Virus record (IMG/VR): IMGVR_UViG_3300046318_000520
Span: 32,001-96,000 of that record
From: a virus
Length of the DNA stretch: 64,000 bases
Strand: one strand, 5' to 3'
Below, in pieces: positions 21,443 through 31,312 of the stretch. A model generated the notes under the pieces. It was not told the origin of the DNA. It was given only the letters and a program-made list of their open reading frames with translations, and did not search any database. Both the position numbers and the translations under genes were made by a program. How positions within the stretch are numbered: position 1 is the stretch's first letter; every line of letters begins with the position of its first letter.

Positions 21443-24400
21443 ATGCCCTGCCAGCTATTTAGAACAGATGGTAAAGTTGACCGTGTGCTTGCTCCTAATG
21501 AGCAGCCTTCCAACTTGTACAAGGAAATTTTAACTACTGTAGAAAAAGAAGGACCTAAAAAATTTATTGATCAGATGCCGTACCTGCGTGATCGTTTGGA
21601 TGACGGCACTCTTTTAAATGAATCTGCAGAAGAAATAGCTGTTGGTATATGGAGCATTGCGTATAGTCCGGAGTATCAGACTTTTTTTACAAACATGAAC
21701 AAGGCTCTTGGCATCTTTGCAGATGAGAACGGGGAACCTAAGTATAATGTTTTTCAGGCTAATGTTTTAAATCAGGGATCTAATTTTAACAGGGTTAGTC
21801 CAGGATACGTTTTGGATCCGGAAAGAGCAGCTTTTGTAAAAGGTGCCACTAAGAGAGGTAATGCTTTACAGCAGAAGATTGTTGAAGAATTAATTGAAAA
21901 ACCAGCTAATCCTGTAGTGCTTGAACCCAATGAGCATGTTTATATTGATCAGGACGGAGAAGTATATACATCTGTAACAACTGCCATTAAAGGTAAACTT
22001 GAGAACGATGCCTATGCTGTAAACAGGGATTATGGTACTTCTATTGATAAGCTGCTGCAAGGTGTTATCCTGGGTCAGTCTTTTGATGTGGCTACTAAAG
22101 ATATAACTAATATTGATAAGCAGAAGCTAAGCACATTATTTACTCTGTTACAAGTTTATGTGGAAGGTCTTACCAGAGACGGATCAATTATTATGACGCA
22201 GGTTGCTTTAGGTGATAAAACATCCAGGATTGCCGGTTCTTTAGATATGCTGGTAATATCACCATCAGGTAAAATGAAAGTGGTAGATTTAAAAGTATCA
22301 AAAAATAGTGTAAAAAACGAAGGATACAACAGACCCTATGATGTAAAAGCAGGATCTGTATTTCCTGGTCAGAAACTTTCAACAAGGCAACAGCACGGTA
22401 TACAGGTAGGTACTTATAAAAAACTCATTGAGCTTGCAGGTTTTGAAGTAGAACAGGTTCAAACACTTCATATCAAGCTTGATCTGAATTCTGATAAAAG
22501 TATAAATGATATCAAGTGGGAAGGTGAACTAACACATCCCTTGTCTCTTAATAAAAACTTTGTAGATGCTGTTATTCCTACTGAAATAGAACCAAGGAAC
22601 AGAACAAATGAACTCAAAAAAGAACTGGGTGTAGATAATCCTGCAGAAGATGAGGATTTTTTGAATGACGATGAAAGTAAACCTGAAAGAGAAGTTTTTG
22701 GTGATATGTATGAACGCATGTACCAGGAAGCTAAAAGTGTTGTAAACCTTCTTGATTCCCGTAAAAAGTATTTGGAAAAAATCCGTAAGGGCAAGACTCA
22801 TCTTGATAAGGAAGTAATGATTGATAAAATCAATGAGATCATTGTCATGATGGGGTCTGAGCTAAAAATTGAAAGACCTTCCGTAGCCTATGGTGCCTTT
22901 TTAAGATTTGCCATATCAGAGGTTAAAGATTATCTCAAAGAGATTACAGATCCTAAAAATGCAACTAATTCTGATTATGTGGCAATGCTTCTAGAAGTAG
23001 ATAAGTACATAGAGTCTTACAGAGGTATTGTAAACGTAAAAGGAGTTGGTAGTAAAGAACAGCAGCTTATGCTGTTGGAACTGATGGATTTGCTGGACGA
23101 TACCAAAGAGGCTATAGATGACAATCTGGAAACTTATGTAAAAAATGTTATAAGCAAAAATACATCCAGGGATCTTACCAAAGAAGAGTTAGACAGTATT
23201 GTAAAAGAAGTCTATGATATCAAAACTGAGGATTATTATCTTGGTGACATGGCTACCAGTACCGATACATTATTAGCTATTGCTGACAAAATATTTAAGG
23301 CAGCTTCAAACAGAGCTAAAGATACTTCTGAAGCTACCACATCCAGAATTCTTAAGCTTGGTGCTTCTTTATTAAAGATATCAGGATTTTCCAAACCTCC
23401 AGCCAACTTTTATGACTTCATGAAAGTCTTTGATAAAGCTGGTAAGTTTACAGGGCGTTTTGTTTCAAGAGTAGGGTCTGCATACTGGGAGAAATACTAT
23501 GAATTAAAAAATAAAACCAAGGAAAAAAACGGTGAAACTAAGCAGTACATACCTATTCTTGATCCTGCTAATGCCAGCCAGGATGATATTAACTACAACA
23601 TAACCCTGTTTTACGATAAGAGTAACTATCGTGATTTTATGAATGCTGAAATACTTGGTCCCAATGGAGCAGAAGACGGCAAGTTTCATAAATATTCTGA
23701 TTCTTTTAAAACTATACGGGCCCGTTACCAGGAACTGGTACAATATGATAAGCCTGATGGTACTGTATTTTACAAGTGGGAAAAGAAAACAGGTGTAACT
23801 GATGATCAGTATGAGCAGTTTCGTTTAAAATACTTTAATGAAGTAGATTATTGGGGTGCCCAGATGGAAACAGACGGTACATTTAAAGGTAGAGTAACTT
23901 TAAAGACCGGCTATTTTGCAAAGTATGAGTTTATAGAAGTGCGGGATATTGCAGAAGATGGTACTGATCTAAGAGATTCAAAGTATACAAAACTGATGGA
24001 TCCAAAAACTGAACTGGAAAAAGCCCAGTCTGACTTTTATAAGGCATGGGTTGAAGAATATAGCAACGCCCTGGAAAAACTTCCTCCTGATGTAGCAGCA
24101 CAAATGAGGGGAAAGGTAAGCCGGGTCAGGGGATCTTTTATGGATACCCTTAAAAGCAAAGGTCCTGGTTTTACCAAAGCTGTTTCAAAAAGCTTAAAGC
24201 AATTTTTTTCTTCAGAGGTGTATACTAATCAACGATTGGTAGATGAGCTTGGACAAATAGACCGTGGTTTACCTATTCTATATGTGGGAAAGCTTCAGAA
24301 TGAGGGCCGTGTAGAGTATCTAAAAAATGAAATAAACAAGCTTAAAGAAAAAAGAGCTACAGGAAAGATTGGTTTAAAACCATATCAGGAAGAAAAAAAG

Positions 24401-25999
24401 AAACTCAAAGAGTATCTCAAAATAGAGGAAGGTAAAGTTAAAGCTGGTGAGATAGAAAGTGATTTGGTTACAAACCTGATTGCTTTTACTACAATGGCTG
24501 AGAACTTTGAAGTGATGAGTAATATTGAATCTGATCTGCAGGCTATTGCCAAGGTGATGGATGACCGTATATACTATGAAACAGATTCTTTAGGAAATAA
24601 ACTGATACGTAAGGGATCTAAAGCTACCAAAGATGATGAAGGTAAACCGGTTATCAAGCGTAGTGAAGATGTCATGGCTACAAAAAGATTGCGTAAATGG
24701 TTTAAAATGGTGTATTATAATAACCAGGAATTTAACCGCAGCACTGTTGCAATGGTTGCTTCCAGGATACAGAATCTTACATCATTGAAAGGAGTTGGTT
24801 TTAACGTTTTTGGTAACATAAACAACTACATCATGGGTCGTATAAACACCTCAATAGAAACAGCAGGTGCCTTATACTATGACCGTCCGGCTGCCAACAG
24901 AGCAGTAGGGGAATATAACAAAGATTATTTACCTGGTGTATTCAGGGGTCTGGGGAAAAGCAAAGATAGCTACTATGCTGAAAAAGAATCCAACAGTAAG
25001 TATGAGGCTTTAGTGGATAGATTTAGAATAGTACGGAAATTTCAGGCTGATTCAGGTAAAGTAGATCCAATGTCATGGGCCTACATGCTGCAGGAAGGCG
25101 GTGAATATAACGTACAAAGTAAAACTGGTATTGCTATTCTGATGTCTAAACAGATTACTAATAGTATTACAGGTGAGACCCTTAGTATTTATGATGCCTT
25201 TGACTTTAATTCAAACACTGGTGAGGTTAAACTTAAGACCGGTTATAATCTTTCAGATAAAGAACGGTATGATATCACCAATTATATATTGGAAGTTAAT
25301 AAGCAGATACACGGTAACTATGCCTTTGAAGATCGTATGATTATTCAGGAAGGCTGGCTTGGTCAGCTTGCTGCTCAGTTTCACAAATGGGTATATCCTG
25401 CTTATAAAGTGAGATTTAAAGGCCGTTACCAGGATGAAAATCTTGGTGATGTAGAAGGCAGGTATGTAACCGTCATGAACTTCATCAAGTACATGAAAGA
25501 GTCAGAGGGAAACTTCTTTGAAAAGATGAGAGAAGGTTGGCAGTCAATGGATGCCGTACAGGTAAAAAACATGTATAAGAATCTGGCAGAATTGGCATTT
25601 TTTGCTGGAAGCTTTGCTATGTACGGTATATTTAAAGCATTGGCTGAAGGTGTTGATGATGATGATGTAACGCTAAAACGCTGGATAAATTTTATGTCAT
25701 ATCAGCAAAGTCGTCAGATGAATGAGGTTTCTACAATGATGCCTGTAGTAGGTTTTGAAGAACAGTATTTATTAGCCAAGTCACCAATAGCAATTTTAAC
25801 AACTTTAAAAGACTTTGGTCAGGCTTTGAAATCAACATTGCTTTTACCTTTCCCACCGTATGATAAAAACTATTATGAACGCGGGCCAAGAGATGGTGAT
25901 TTAAAAGCATGGAAAGAATGGAAAGATATTATTCCGGCTCTAAGTGTCCTTAACAAATGGGAATCTTATGATCAGGTAAAAAGTTTCTATATCAAATAA
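21443..25999 (+). CDS. Large virion cargo protein with N-terminal PD-(D/E)xK nuclease-like domain (1518 aa)
   Basis: YTSVTT...IAGSLDMLV...VVDLKVS...Q...Y motif set; C-terminal helical region typical of the crAss-like protein downstream of the vRNAP. Confidence 0.7.
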   Translation: MPCQLFRTDGKVDRVLAPNEQPSNLYKEILTTVEKEGPKKFIDQMPYLRDRLDDGTLLNESAEEIAVGIWSIAYSPEYQTFFTNMNKALGIFADENGEPKYNVFQANVLNQGSNFNRVSPGYVLDPERAAFVKGATKRGNALQQKIVEELIEKPANPVVLEPNEHVYIDQDGEVYTSVTTAIKGKLENDAYAVNRDYGTSIDKLLQGVILGQSFDVATKDITNIDKQKLSTLFTLLQVYVEGLTRDGSIIMTQVALGDKTSRIAGSLDMLVISPSGKMKVVDLKVSKNSVKNEGYNRPYDVKAGSVFPGQKLSTRQQHGIQVGTYKKLIELAGFEVEQVQTLHIKLDLNSDKSINDIKWEGELTHPLSLNKNFVDAVIPTEIEPRNRTNELKKELGVDNPAEDEDFLNDDESKPEREVFGDMYERMYQEAKSVVNLLDSRKKYLEKIRKGKTHLDKEVMIDKINEIIVMMGSELKIERPSVAYGAFLRFAISEVKDYLKEITDPKNATNSDYVAMLLEVDKYIESYRGIVNVKGVGSKEQQLMLLELMDLLDDTKEAIDDNLETYVKNVISKNTSRDLTKEELDSIVKEVYDIKTEDYYLGDMATSTDTLLAIADKIFKAASNRAKDTSEATTSRILKLGASLLKISGFSKPPANFYDFMKVFDKAGKFTGRFVSRVGSAYWEKYYELKNKTKEKNGETKQYIPILDPANASQDDINYNITLFYDKSNYRDFMNAEILGPNGAEDGKFHKYSDSFKTIRARYQELVQYDKPDGTVFYKWEKKTGVTDDQYEQFRLKYFNEVDYWGAQMETDGTFKGRVTLKTGYFAKYEFIEVRDIAEDGTDLRDSKYTKLMDPKTELEKAQSDFYKAWVEEYSNALEKLPPDVAAQMRGKVSRVRGSFMDTLKSKGPGFTKAVSKSLKQFFSSEVYTNQRLVDELGQIDRGLPILYVGKLQNEGRVEYLKNEINKLKEKRATGKIGLKPYQEEKKKLKEYLKIEEGKVKAGEIESDLVTNLIAFTTMAENFEVMSNIESDLQAIAKVMDDRIYYETDSLGNKLIRKGSKATKDDEGKPVIKRSEDVMATKRLRKWFKMVYYNNQEFNRSTVAMVASRIQNLTSLKGVGFNVFGNINNYIMGRINTSIETAGALYYDRPAANRAVGEYNKDYLPGVFRGLGKSKDSYYAEKESNSKYEALVDRFRIVRKFQADSGKVDPMSWAYMLQEGGEYNVQSKTGIAILMSKQITNSITGETLSIYDAFDFNSNTGEVKLKTGYNLSDKERYDITNYILEVNKQIHGNYAFEDRMIIQEGWLGQLAAQFHKWVYPAYKVRFKGRYQDENLGDVEGRYVTVMNFIKYMKESEGNFFEKMREGWQSMDAVQVKNMYKNLAELAFFAGSFAMYGIFKALAEGVDDDDVTLKRWINFMSYQQSRQMNEVSTMMPVVGFEEQYLLAKSPIAILTTLKDFGQALKSTLLLPFPPYDKNYYERGPRDGDLKAWKEWKDIIPALSVLNKWESYDQVKSFYIK

Positions 26000-26032
26000 A
26001 AAAGAAGGGGTTTATGCCCCTTCTTTTTTTTT
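25998..26032. terminator. Bidirectional intrinsic terminator between convergent modules
   Basis: AAAAAAGAAGGGG-tttatg-CCCCTTCTTTTTTTTT. Confidence 0.85.
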
Positions 26033-26185
26033 GTACTTGGCTATTCTAAAATAGATAAAGATGAGACCAATAGCAACTTCTGTAAACTCTCGTTTCTCTT
26101 CATCTAAAATTTCAGAACCTCTTTGAAAAAAGATACCTAGTAGGCATCTGTATTCACTTGCAAACTCTAACTGTATACCTATCAT
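26012..26185 (-). CDS. Small hypothetical protein (57 aa; not in ORF track)
   Basis: ATG at 26185 just after the upstream stop; MIGIQLEFASEYRCLLGIFFQRG...KKEGA*. Confidence 0.55.
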   Translation of the reverse strand: MIGIQLEFASEYRCLLGIFFQRGSEILDEEKREFTEVAIGLIFIYFRIAKYKKKEGA

Positions 26186-26188
26186 AAA

Positions 26189-26782
26189 TCATAATTTTTC
26201 TACTTTAAAAGGATGCCTCATAGTAAAGCAATCCTGTTCTTGGCCCATGTGTTTTTTAAATCCATTAAGCATACTCTGAATATTAGCCGCTCCTACAGGA
26301 TTGTGGGAGTGAACACAGCATTTCTTCAGACTTGTTTTATTATCCTGGCAATAAGATATCAACCAGTCTGCACAGTTAAGCCCGGTCTTTTCTGTAAAAA
26401 GCTCATAGCTGGGATGCTGGTATCCTTGTTGGGCTATCTGCTGATAGTAATCATCCATGTGTTCGTCAGCCAGGTCATGGTCAAAAGAGATCATGTCAGG
26501 GACCCCGTTCTCTGTGATCCAGGCAGTAAACTCATCATAGTTTCTCACTACGTACCAGGGTTCATACCCGGCCATGGTTTCTGTTGGTGTTCTCACGTCA
26601 TCTAAGTATAATGCTTTCTTCATTAGTTCCAGTTTAGTGTTTCCTTTCTTTGGTGGTTTTTCATAAGGACAGTGACGGCATTTATTTCCACAGCAGGAAC
26701 CTCTGTTTAGGAGGAACCTTGCTGTGAAAATGTACATTCTGCCTTCTCTATAGTAGTCTTCGTTACTGTCTGTAGTTTTCAT
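26189..26782 (-). CDS. DUF5522-like Cys-cluster domain fused to cyclic-phosphate-processing receiver-like domain
   Basis: YY..G..IFT...LL.RGSCCGNKCRHCPY, then LYLDDVR...ISFDHDL...KTG..CA..L...HSHNPVG. Likely start is MKTTDS at 26782. Confidence 0.65.
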   Translation of the reverse strand: MKTTDSNEDYYREGRMYIFTARFLLNRGSCCGNKCRHCPYEKPPKKGNTKLELMKKALYLDDVRTPTETMAGYEPWYVVRNYDEFTAWITENGVPDMISFDHDLADEHMDDYYQQIAQQGYQHPSYELFTEKTGLNCADWLISYCQDNKTSLKKCCVHSHNPVGAANIQSMLNGFKKHMGQEQDCFTMRHPFKVEKL

Positions 26783-27302
26783 GGTACTTAGATTCCTGTA
26801 CGCCGGTTTGACCATGGTACTTACTACCTGCTTTTTGGTCATAAGTCTCCAGGATCTCTCCTTCTACCCGGGCAAATTCTATCTGGCAGATCTTCATATT
26901 GGGGTAAACAACCACTCTACGGGTAGCCACTAGTTCCAGTACTAGGCTTCCTTCAAAGCCAGTATCTATAAAACCCGCTGTGACATGAATAAAGAGCCCC
27001 AGTCTTCCCAGTGAGCTCTTACCCTCAACCTTAGCTCTGATGTTATTCTTGACCCCTATGCGCTCGTTACAGGCATATAGGTAGACTTCACCTGGTTCCA
27101 AGATGTATCCGTTCTCTGGAATGACCATTTCTATGAACTTGTTTTCTTTGCGTGGATCCAATACACGTTCAGTATAAACTTTAAACGTGGGAGCCAATGT
27201 AAGATCTACACTGTTGGGGTTTACATAAGCCGGGTTTAAAGGGCTGATGATAATATTTCCTTTCTCTATCTCTTGTAGTATTGTCTTATCACTCAGGATC
27301 AT
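26763..27302 (-). CDS. dcd: dCTP deaminase
   Basis: MILSD start, NPNSVDL, EGKSSLGRLGL, TAGFIDTGFEG, ICQIEF, KYHGQ motifs. Confidence 0.9.
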   Translation of the reverse strand: MILSDKTILQEIEKGNIIISPLNPAYVNPNSVDLTLAPTFKVYTERVLDPRKENKFIEMVIPENGYILEPGEVYLYACNERIGVKNNIRAKVEGKSSLGRLGLFIHVTAGFIDTGFEGSLVLELVATRRVVVYPNMKICQIEFARVEGEILETYDQKAGSKYHGQTGVQESKYHENYRQ

Positions 27303-27954
27303 AACCAAATGCTTTTAAAGATTGTTCAAAAGGGTTACCAGGGATTTCTTGCACAAGCTTCAACATTTGCTTGGCTATGTCATGAATCTCCAGCTGGGCA
27401 TGTTCAGAGTATCTGAGATCCTGAAAGTGCATAAAGCTTCTAAAGTTAAACTGTACGTCAGCTGCTATCTGTGAGTTATAGGTCTTGAAAAACCTGGCTG
27501 ATTCCTTAGCGCGCTTGCGTCCCAGGATAGGAGTGAGGTCTGCTAAACATTCATGATATAACCGGTTGCAGTCTTCTGTATTTTCTTTAAGCGTTTTAGC
27601 CCATTCTGTTAATACTTTATCGTGACCACTAGTTTCATGACCCATACTCCAGTCTTCAGGTAGATACATTTTATCTTCCTTTAGCTCTTTATACCGGGCT
27701 GATTCACCGTTTACACTAACACCTATACGGTGTTTAATGATATGAATGTGTGACGCTATGTCACAGTTTACCAAAAAGTGTAAACTGCTTTTCTCAAAAG
27801 GAGTGTGGTGCTCGTCTCTTGCCAGCATTTCAAGTAATGCAGGCATTCTATCTTTTTTACTTTCATAATCACGGGAAGTAGACGTCCATGCCGAGATGGC
27901 ATGGGTCTGGTCTCCTCCATAATATCCTAATAGTTCTACTGAGTTATTTGTCAT
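27289..27954 (-). CDS. thyX: FAD-dependent thymidylate synthase
   Basis: HHTPFE, KHRIGVSVNGESARY (RHRx7-8S-like), NFRSFMHF..LR..EHAQLEI. Confidence 0.9.
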   Translation of the reverse strand: MTNNSVELLGYYGGDQTHAISAWTSTSRDYESKKDRMPALLEMLARDEHHTPFEKSSLHFLVNCDIASHIHIIKHRIGVSVNGESARYKELKEDKMYLPEDWSMGHETSGHDKVLTEWAKTLKENTEDCNRLYHECLADLTPILGRKRAKESARFFKTYNSQIAADVQFNFRSFMHFQDLRYSEHAQLEIHDIAKQMLKLVQEIPGNPFEQSLKAFGYDPE

Positions 27955-28115
27955 TTTTCTTTTTTAAGATGCTCTTTTATAGTGTACTCCATCCAGAATC
28001 CAAAAGCAGTTATGGCCAGTATACCCCAGGCTGCAGCTGTTGTACCGCAGTGGTAATAGTCATAAGCTGCAGCTGCTCCGAAGAGCGTAAATAGCACAGT
28101 GCTTAATCTTTTCAT
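27951..28115 (-). CDS. Small membrane protein (54 aa; not in ORF track)
   Basis: ATGA overlaps at both ends with neighbouring genes; two hydrophobic segments. Confidence 0.55.
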   Translation of the reverse strand: MKRLSTVLFTLFGAAAAYDYYHCGTTAAAWGILAITAFGFWMEYTIKEHLKKEK

Positions 28116-28507
28116 GTTGTAGGTGTTTGATTTTCAATAAGCCTGTCACATTTAATCTGCCATCCGTTAGAGTCTACCTGGATCATGGGTACGGAACATC
28201 CGTGAGACTTGGCTTTAGTAAACTCTTCCGGGTTATCATCCAAGTGCCAGGTAAAGTTTGTGCCGTTCAGGTATGTGTACTTCCATTCCATACAGGTAAA
28301 TCTTACTTGGTGTCTTGGTATACCTATTCTATCTACTACTTCCCACAGATCGTCTAGCGTGGCGTTCAGGGGATACTTGTGTTTGTGGTTTTCATCCCAC
28401 CGGGTAGTCACTACCCATACTTCATGACCTTTGTCAATAAGTTCTTTGGCATAATTTTGCACATCCTGAAATTCCAGGGTGCCGTCAAAATCAAAAGATA
28501 GCTTCAT
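28112..28507 (-). CDS. HAD-superfamily phosphatase
   Basis: SFDFDGTL motif I, VVTTR motif II, HLDD motif IV. Confidence 0.8.
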   Translation of the reverse strand: MKLSFDFDGTLEFQDVQNYAKELIDKGHEVWVVTTRWDENHKHKYPLNATLDDLWEVVDRIGIPRHQVRFTCMEWKYTYLNGTNFTWHLDDNPEEFTKAKSHGCSVPMIQVDSNGWQIKCDRLIENQTPTT

Positions 28508-28661
28508 GTAATAGTTTAAAAAGTGATCTCCATAAAAGAAAGGTGAAAAAAATAATTGTTGTCCAGGTCACAATAAAAGTCCAGTTGTACCGTTTCATAC
28601 TCTACAATTTAGACAGCTAATGTAGAAATTATTTGTGACATCTACAAATGGTTCTACATTA

Positions 28662-28892
28662 TTATTGTACATCGTCAAAAGATATATGGTTTTCACTCAT
28701 GATTTCATGGAGCTTAGTTCTTGTTTGGTCAAGAGCTTCATCTGCGGAGTCTGAGAGACCTTCTTCATATTTAAGCCTGGACCGTAGGTGCTGGTCAAGC
28801 TCATAAAGTGCAGAGTACCAACGACTGGCATGGGAAGCCAGTAAAAACTCTGCATTGTCATCGGGAAGGTTGAATTCAAGGATAGCTTTCAT
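28662..28892 (-). CDS. Hypothetical phage protein
   Basis: Coupled to the upstream ORF; MKAILEFNLP start is common in Bacteroidota phages. Confidence 0.65.
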   Translation of the reverse strand: MKAILEFNLPDDNAEFLLASHASRWYSALYELDQHLRSRLKYEEGLSDSADEALDQTRTKLHEIMSENHISFDDVQ

Positions 28893-29106
28893 AATATAAT
28901 TTTCTTACTTTTTCACCCAGTTCCATATCATTGGGTGTGTCTACAATTAATTTTTTAGAAACATGGAGATCAGGGCTTACGTGATTGCCCTTAAAGCAAT
29001 TAATACATAACTGACCAGCTCCTTCTATGTACCCATATCTGAGATCAATATGAGTGTCTACATTAAAGCTGGTGTCTTTACCGCAGGAGATGCATTTATC
29101 TTTCAT
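28876..29106 (-). CDS. Hypothetical protein, CxxC/CxxC zinc-binding
   Basis: CISCG...YIEGAGQLCINC. Confidence 0.65.
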   Translation of the reverse strand: MKDKCISCGKDTSFNVDTHIDLRYGYIEGAGQLCINCFKGNHVSPDLHVSKKLIVDTPNDMELGEKVRKLYYESYP

Positions 29107-29112
29107 AGATTA

Positions 29113-29358
29113 TTATTTAGGAATTACATAATTGAAATCAAATATAAAATCATAGAGCTCTTCCTTAGGAATGTTTGTCATTTTAAAAAGCTCCTTTATC
29201 GTATCCAAGTTAGGCTGACAACGCCCAGACTCATAAGCCTGAGTAACATGCCTGGTAATATTTAAAGCTTTACCAAAGGTGTCTTGTGTTACTCCTAACT
29301 TGTGCCTGACTTTCATAAAATTTACATTGATAGGACGTCTGTTGTATATGTTTTTCAT
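29113..29358 (-). CDS. XRE-family HTH transcriptional regulator
   Basis: R..LGVTQ..F..AL.I.R.....YESGR..P pattern. Confidence 0.8.
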   Translation of the reverse strand: MKNIYNRRPINVNFMKVRHKLGVTQDTFGKALNITRHVTQAYESGRCQPNLDTIKELFKMTNIPKEELYDFIFDFNYVIPK

Positions 29359-29364
29359 AATCTA

Positions 29365-29580
29365 TTATGCAAGTAAGTCTAGCTGATCACCAATAGACCG
29401 GATAGTTCTGCCCAGCTGTTTAGCTAAATTCTTCACAGCTTCTTCATCTAGTGAGTTAAGCCACTCATCTTGTCTATCTTCAGGACAGTCTTCAAATACT
29501 GTGGGTTCTCTACGTTCTTCATCTTCAAACTTGTGAAAGATGTAAATACCTGATATATTTCTACGATTCAGTTTTTCCAT
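29365..29580 (-). CDS. Hypothetical protein
   Basis: ORF in a tightly packed operon. Confidence 0.6.
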   Translation of the reverse strand: MEKLNRRNISGIYIFHKFEDEERREPTVFEDCPEDRQDEWLNSLDEEAVKNLAKQLGRTIRSIGDQLDLLA

Positions 29581-30272
29581 TATAGTGTTATTATGTTTCC
29601 GTGTGAAGTTAGCCCGTAGTCAAACTTGCCGTCATAGACGCAGGCTGCATTAGAGAAAATAGTGGGTGTACTAGAGTAGTGAGATACACCCTGGTTGGTG
29701 ATGACACCGTCCATGTTATGAATGTGACCAAAAGCTACCAGCTTTAAAGAGTCTTTAAGGGCCCAGCAGCGTTTGGTTAACGCTCCACAGCCACACATCT
29801 CAAGGTCACCTTGCTGATCAAAGCTTAGGTCTCTGACACCTTTAGGCGGGCCGTGTACAATGAGAACATTAGTGTCATCTGGGATACCTTCCCAGACTCT
29901 GTTAATCTTCTCACGTCTTTTCATAAAGGCCCACTCACCATAAGTAGGCGTGTGAGGAGATCCCCAGAATTTAAGTCCGTCTATCGTAGTGCTTGCGTTC
30001 TCTAAGTACGTAATACCGGCAGCATGAAAATCTGCAGGTGTAACCATGCGTCTTTCTATAGACGTATCATGATTACCGGCTACAAATATTTTATGCTTGA
30101 CAGGTATGGATTCATACCAGGTAATAAATGATCTCACTTCAGGCTCGTTCCGGTATGGGTCTCTCCAGTTAGAGCAGTCACCACTGTGGATGACTACGTC
30201 TATATCTTTAAAGCGTTCATCAGGAAACGTACCATGAAATCCATGGGTGTCAGATATGTGCAGAATTTTCAT
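29580..30272 (-). CDS. Calcineurin-like metallophosphoesterase
   Basis: SDTH, SGD, AGNHD, HGPP, FGHIH motifs. Confidence 0.9.
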   Translation of the reverse strand: MKILHISDTHGFHGTFPDERFKDIDVVIHSGDCSNWRDPYRNEPEVRSFITWYESIPVKHKIFVAGNHDTSIERRMVTPADFHAAGITYLENASTTIDGLKFWGSPHTPTYGEWAFMKRREKINRVWEGIPDDTNVLIVHGPPKGVRDLSFDQQGDLEMCGCGALTKRCWALKDSLKLVAFGHIHNMDGVITNQGVSHYSSTPTIFSNAACVYDGKFDYGLTSHGNIITL

Positions 30273-30468
30273 AATGTTTGGTTATATAGTTTTTAGCAAA
30301 CTTGATCTTCCATTCACCGGTGTGACCGTCTTCATCAAGAGTATACATAATAGCATCTTCTACTTTTCTTTTTTCTATCTCTATAAGATTAGATACCAGG
30401 TTTTCAAAGACTTCATTGGTCTCGTACCTGGATCTTACATAATCAGCTAAGCGTTGTACTGGGGTCAT
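30250..30468 (-). CDS. Hypothetical protein
   Basis: Overlapping, coupled ORF. Confidence 0.55.
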   Translation of the reverse strand: MTPVQRLADYVRSRYETNEVFENLVSNLIEIEKRKVEDAIMYTLDEDGHTGEWKIKFAKNYITKHYENSAHI

Positions 30469-31264
30469 ATCCTTCTTTTTTAAGAATGGTGTTAACAGTA
30501 AACATTAAAGACAATATATCAGAGCCATTCATGATCTTGTGATCAAAGTTCCAATCATCTAGTCCGGTCTCTGATGGGTGAGCGTTGATAGCTTTTACAC
30601 CAGGACGGTCTACACGTATGACAATACCACCGGCATCTTTGATAGCCTGGGCTTCATTAGGAAACCGGGTGTCTGTGATGATCCAGTTGGGTAACTTAGC
30701 ATGATCTTCTGCTCGTACTTGAGGATAGTATTCTCCTGGTTTGTAATCTGCCATCAGAGCATTAACCCAGGTATTAGGATGTAGTCCGTTACGGCAGGCG
30801 TCAGTACCCAGCTCTTGTAAAAACTGTCTGACAGTCATCTGTTGCATACCTACTGCGTATTCCATTCTGAACTCACCGTAGATTTGTTTAAGCATAGGAA
30901 TAAAAGCTTCAGCTTCTTCTTTTGTAGTATACCTGCCCTTCTGAACTAATAGTTTACCATTGTCTATAAGAGATATAGTATAATAATTCCACTGTTCAGG
31001 TAAGTAAGTTTTCTTAAACTCTTGGTCTTCAAACTTGTCTGCTGGAATACCAGTAAGATAGCCAGCTATCATTTTAAGTTTACCTGCCCATTTCTTAATT
31101 TCCCAGCCAGACTCTTCCTCTAACCACCACTCATGTTGTGTATGATAAAAAGTAATAAGCTCTTCTATAGTATACTGGTCAGGAATCTTTGAGTTTGCTA
31201 TTTGTATCAGCTTACCTATAGTGTCTTTGCCAGTTCCAGAGTAACCATTAATTCCAATAATCAT
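30443..31264 (-). CDS. Deoxynucleoside monophosphate kinase
   Basis: IGINGYSGTGKDT P-loop, RQFLQELGTD, ITDTRFPNE, HPSE. Confidence 0.85.
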   Translation of the reverse strand: MIIGINGYSGTGKDTIGKLIQIANSKIPDQYTIEELITFYHTQHEWWLEEESGWEIKKWAGKLKMIAGYLTGIPADKFEDQEFKKTYLPEQWNYYTISLIDNGKLLVQKGRYTTKEEAEAFIPMLKQIYGEFRMEYAVGMQQMTVRQFLQELGTDACRNGLHPNTWVNALMADYKPGEYYPQVRAEDHAKLPNWIITDTRFPNEAQAIKDAGGIVIRVDRPGVKAINAHPSETGLDDWNFDHKIMNGSDILSLMFTVNTILKKEGYDPSTTLS

Positions 31265-31275
31265 AATATGTTTTT

Positions 31276-31303
31276 AAGGAGGGAGGGTAGTTAACCCTCC
31301 CTT
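31276..31303 (-). terminator. Hairpin / probable terminator
   Basis: AGGGAGGGT-agtta-ACCCTCCCT. Confidence 0.5.
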
Positions 31304-31312
31304 GTTATTTAT

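Noticed and set aside
814-23743. Many short antisense or out-of-frame ORFs within the large + strand genes (and + strand shadows in 26-60 kb)
   Set aside because: Fully nested in well-supported genes with no motifs; treated as shadow ORFs.
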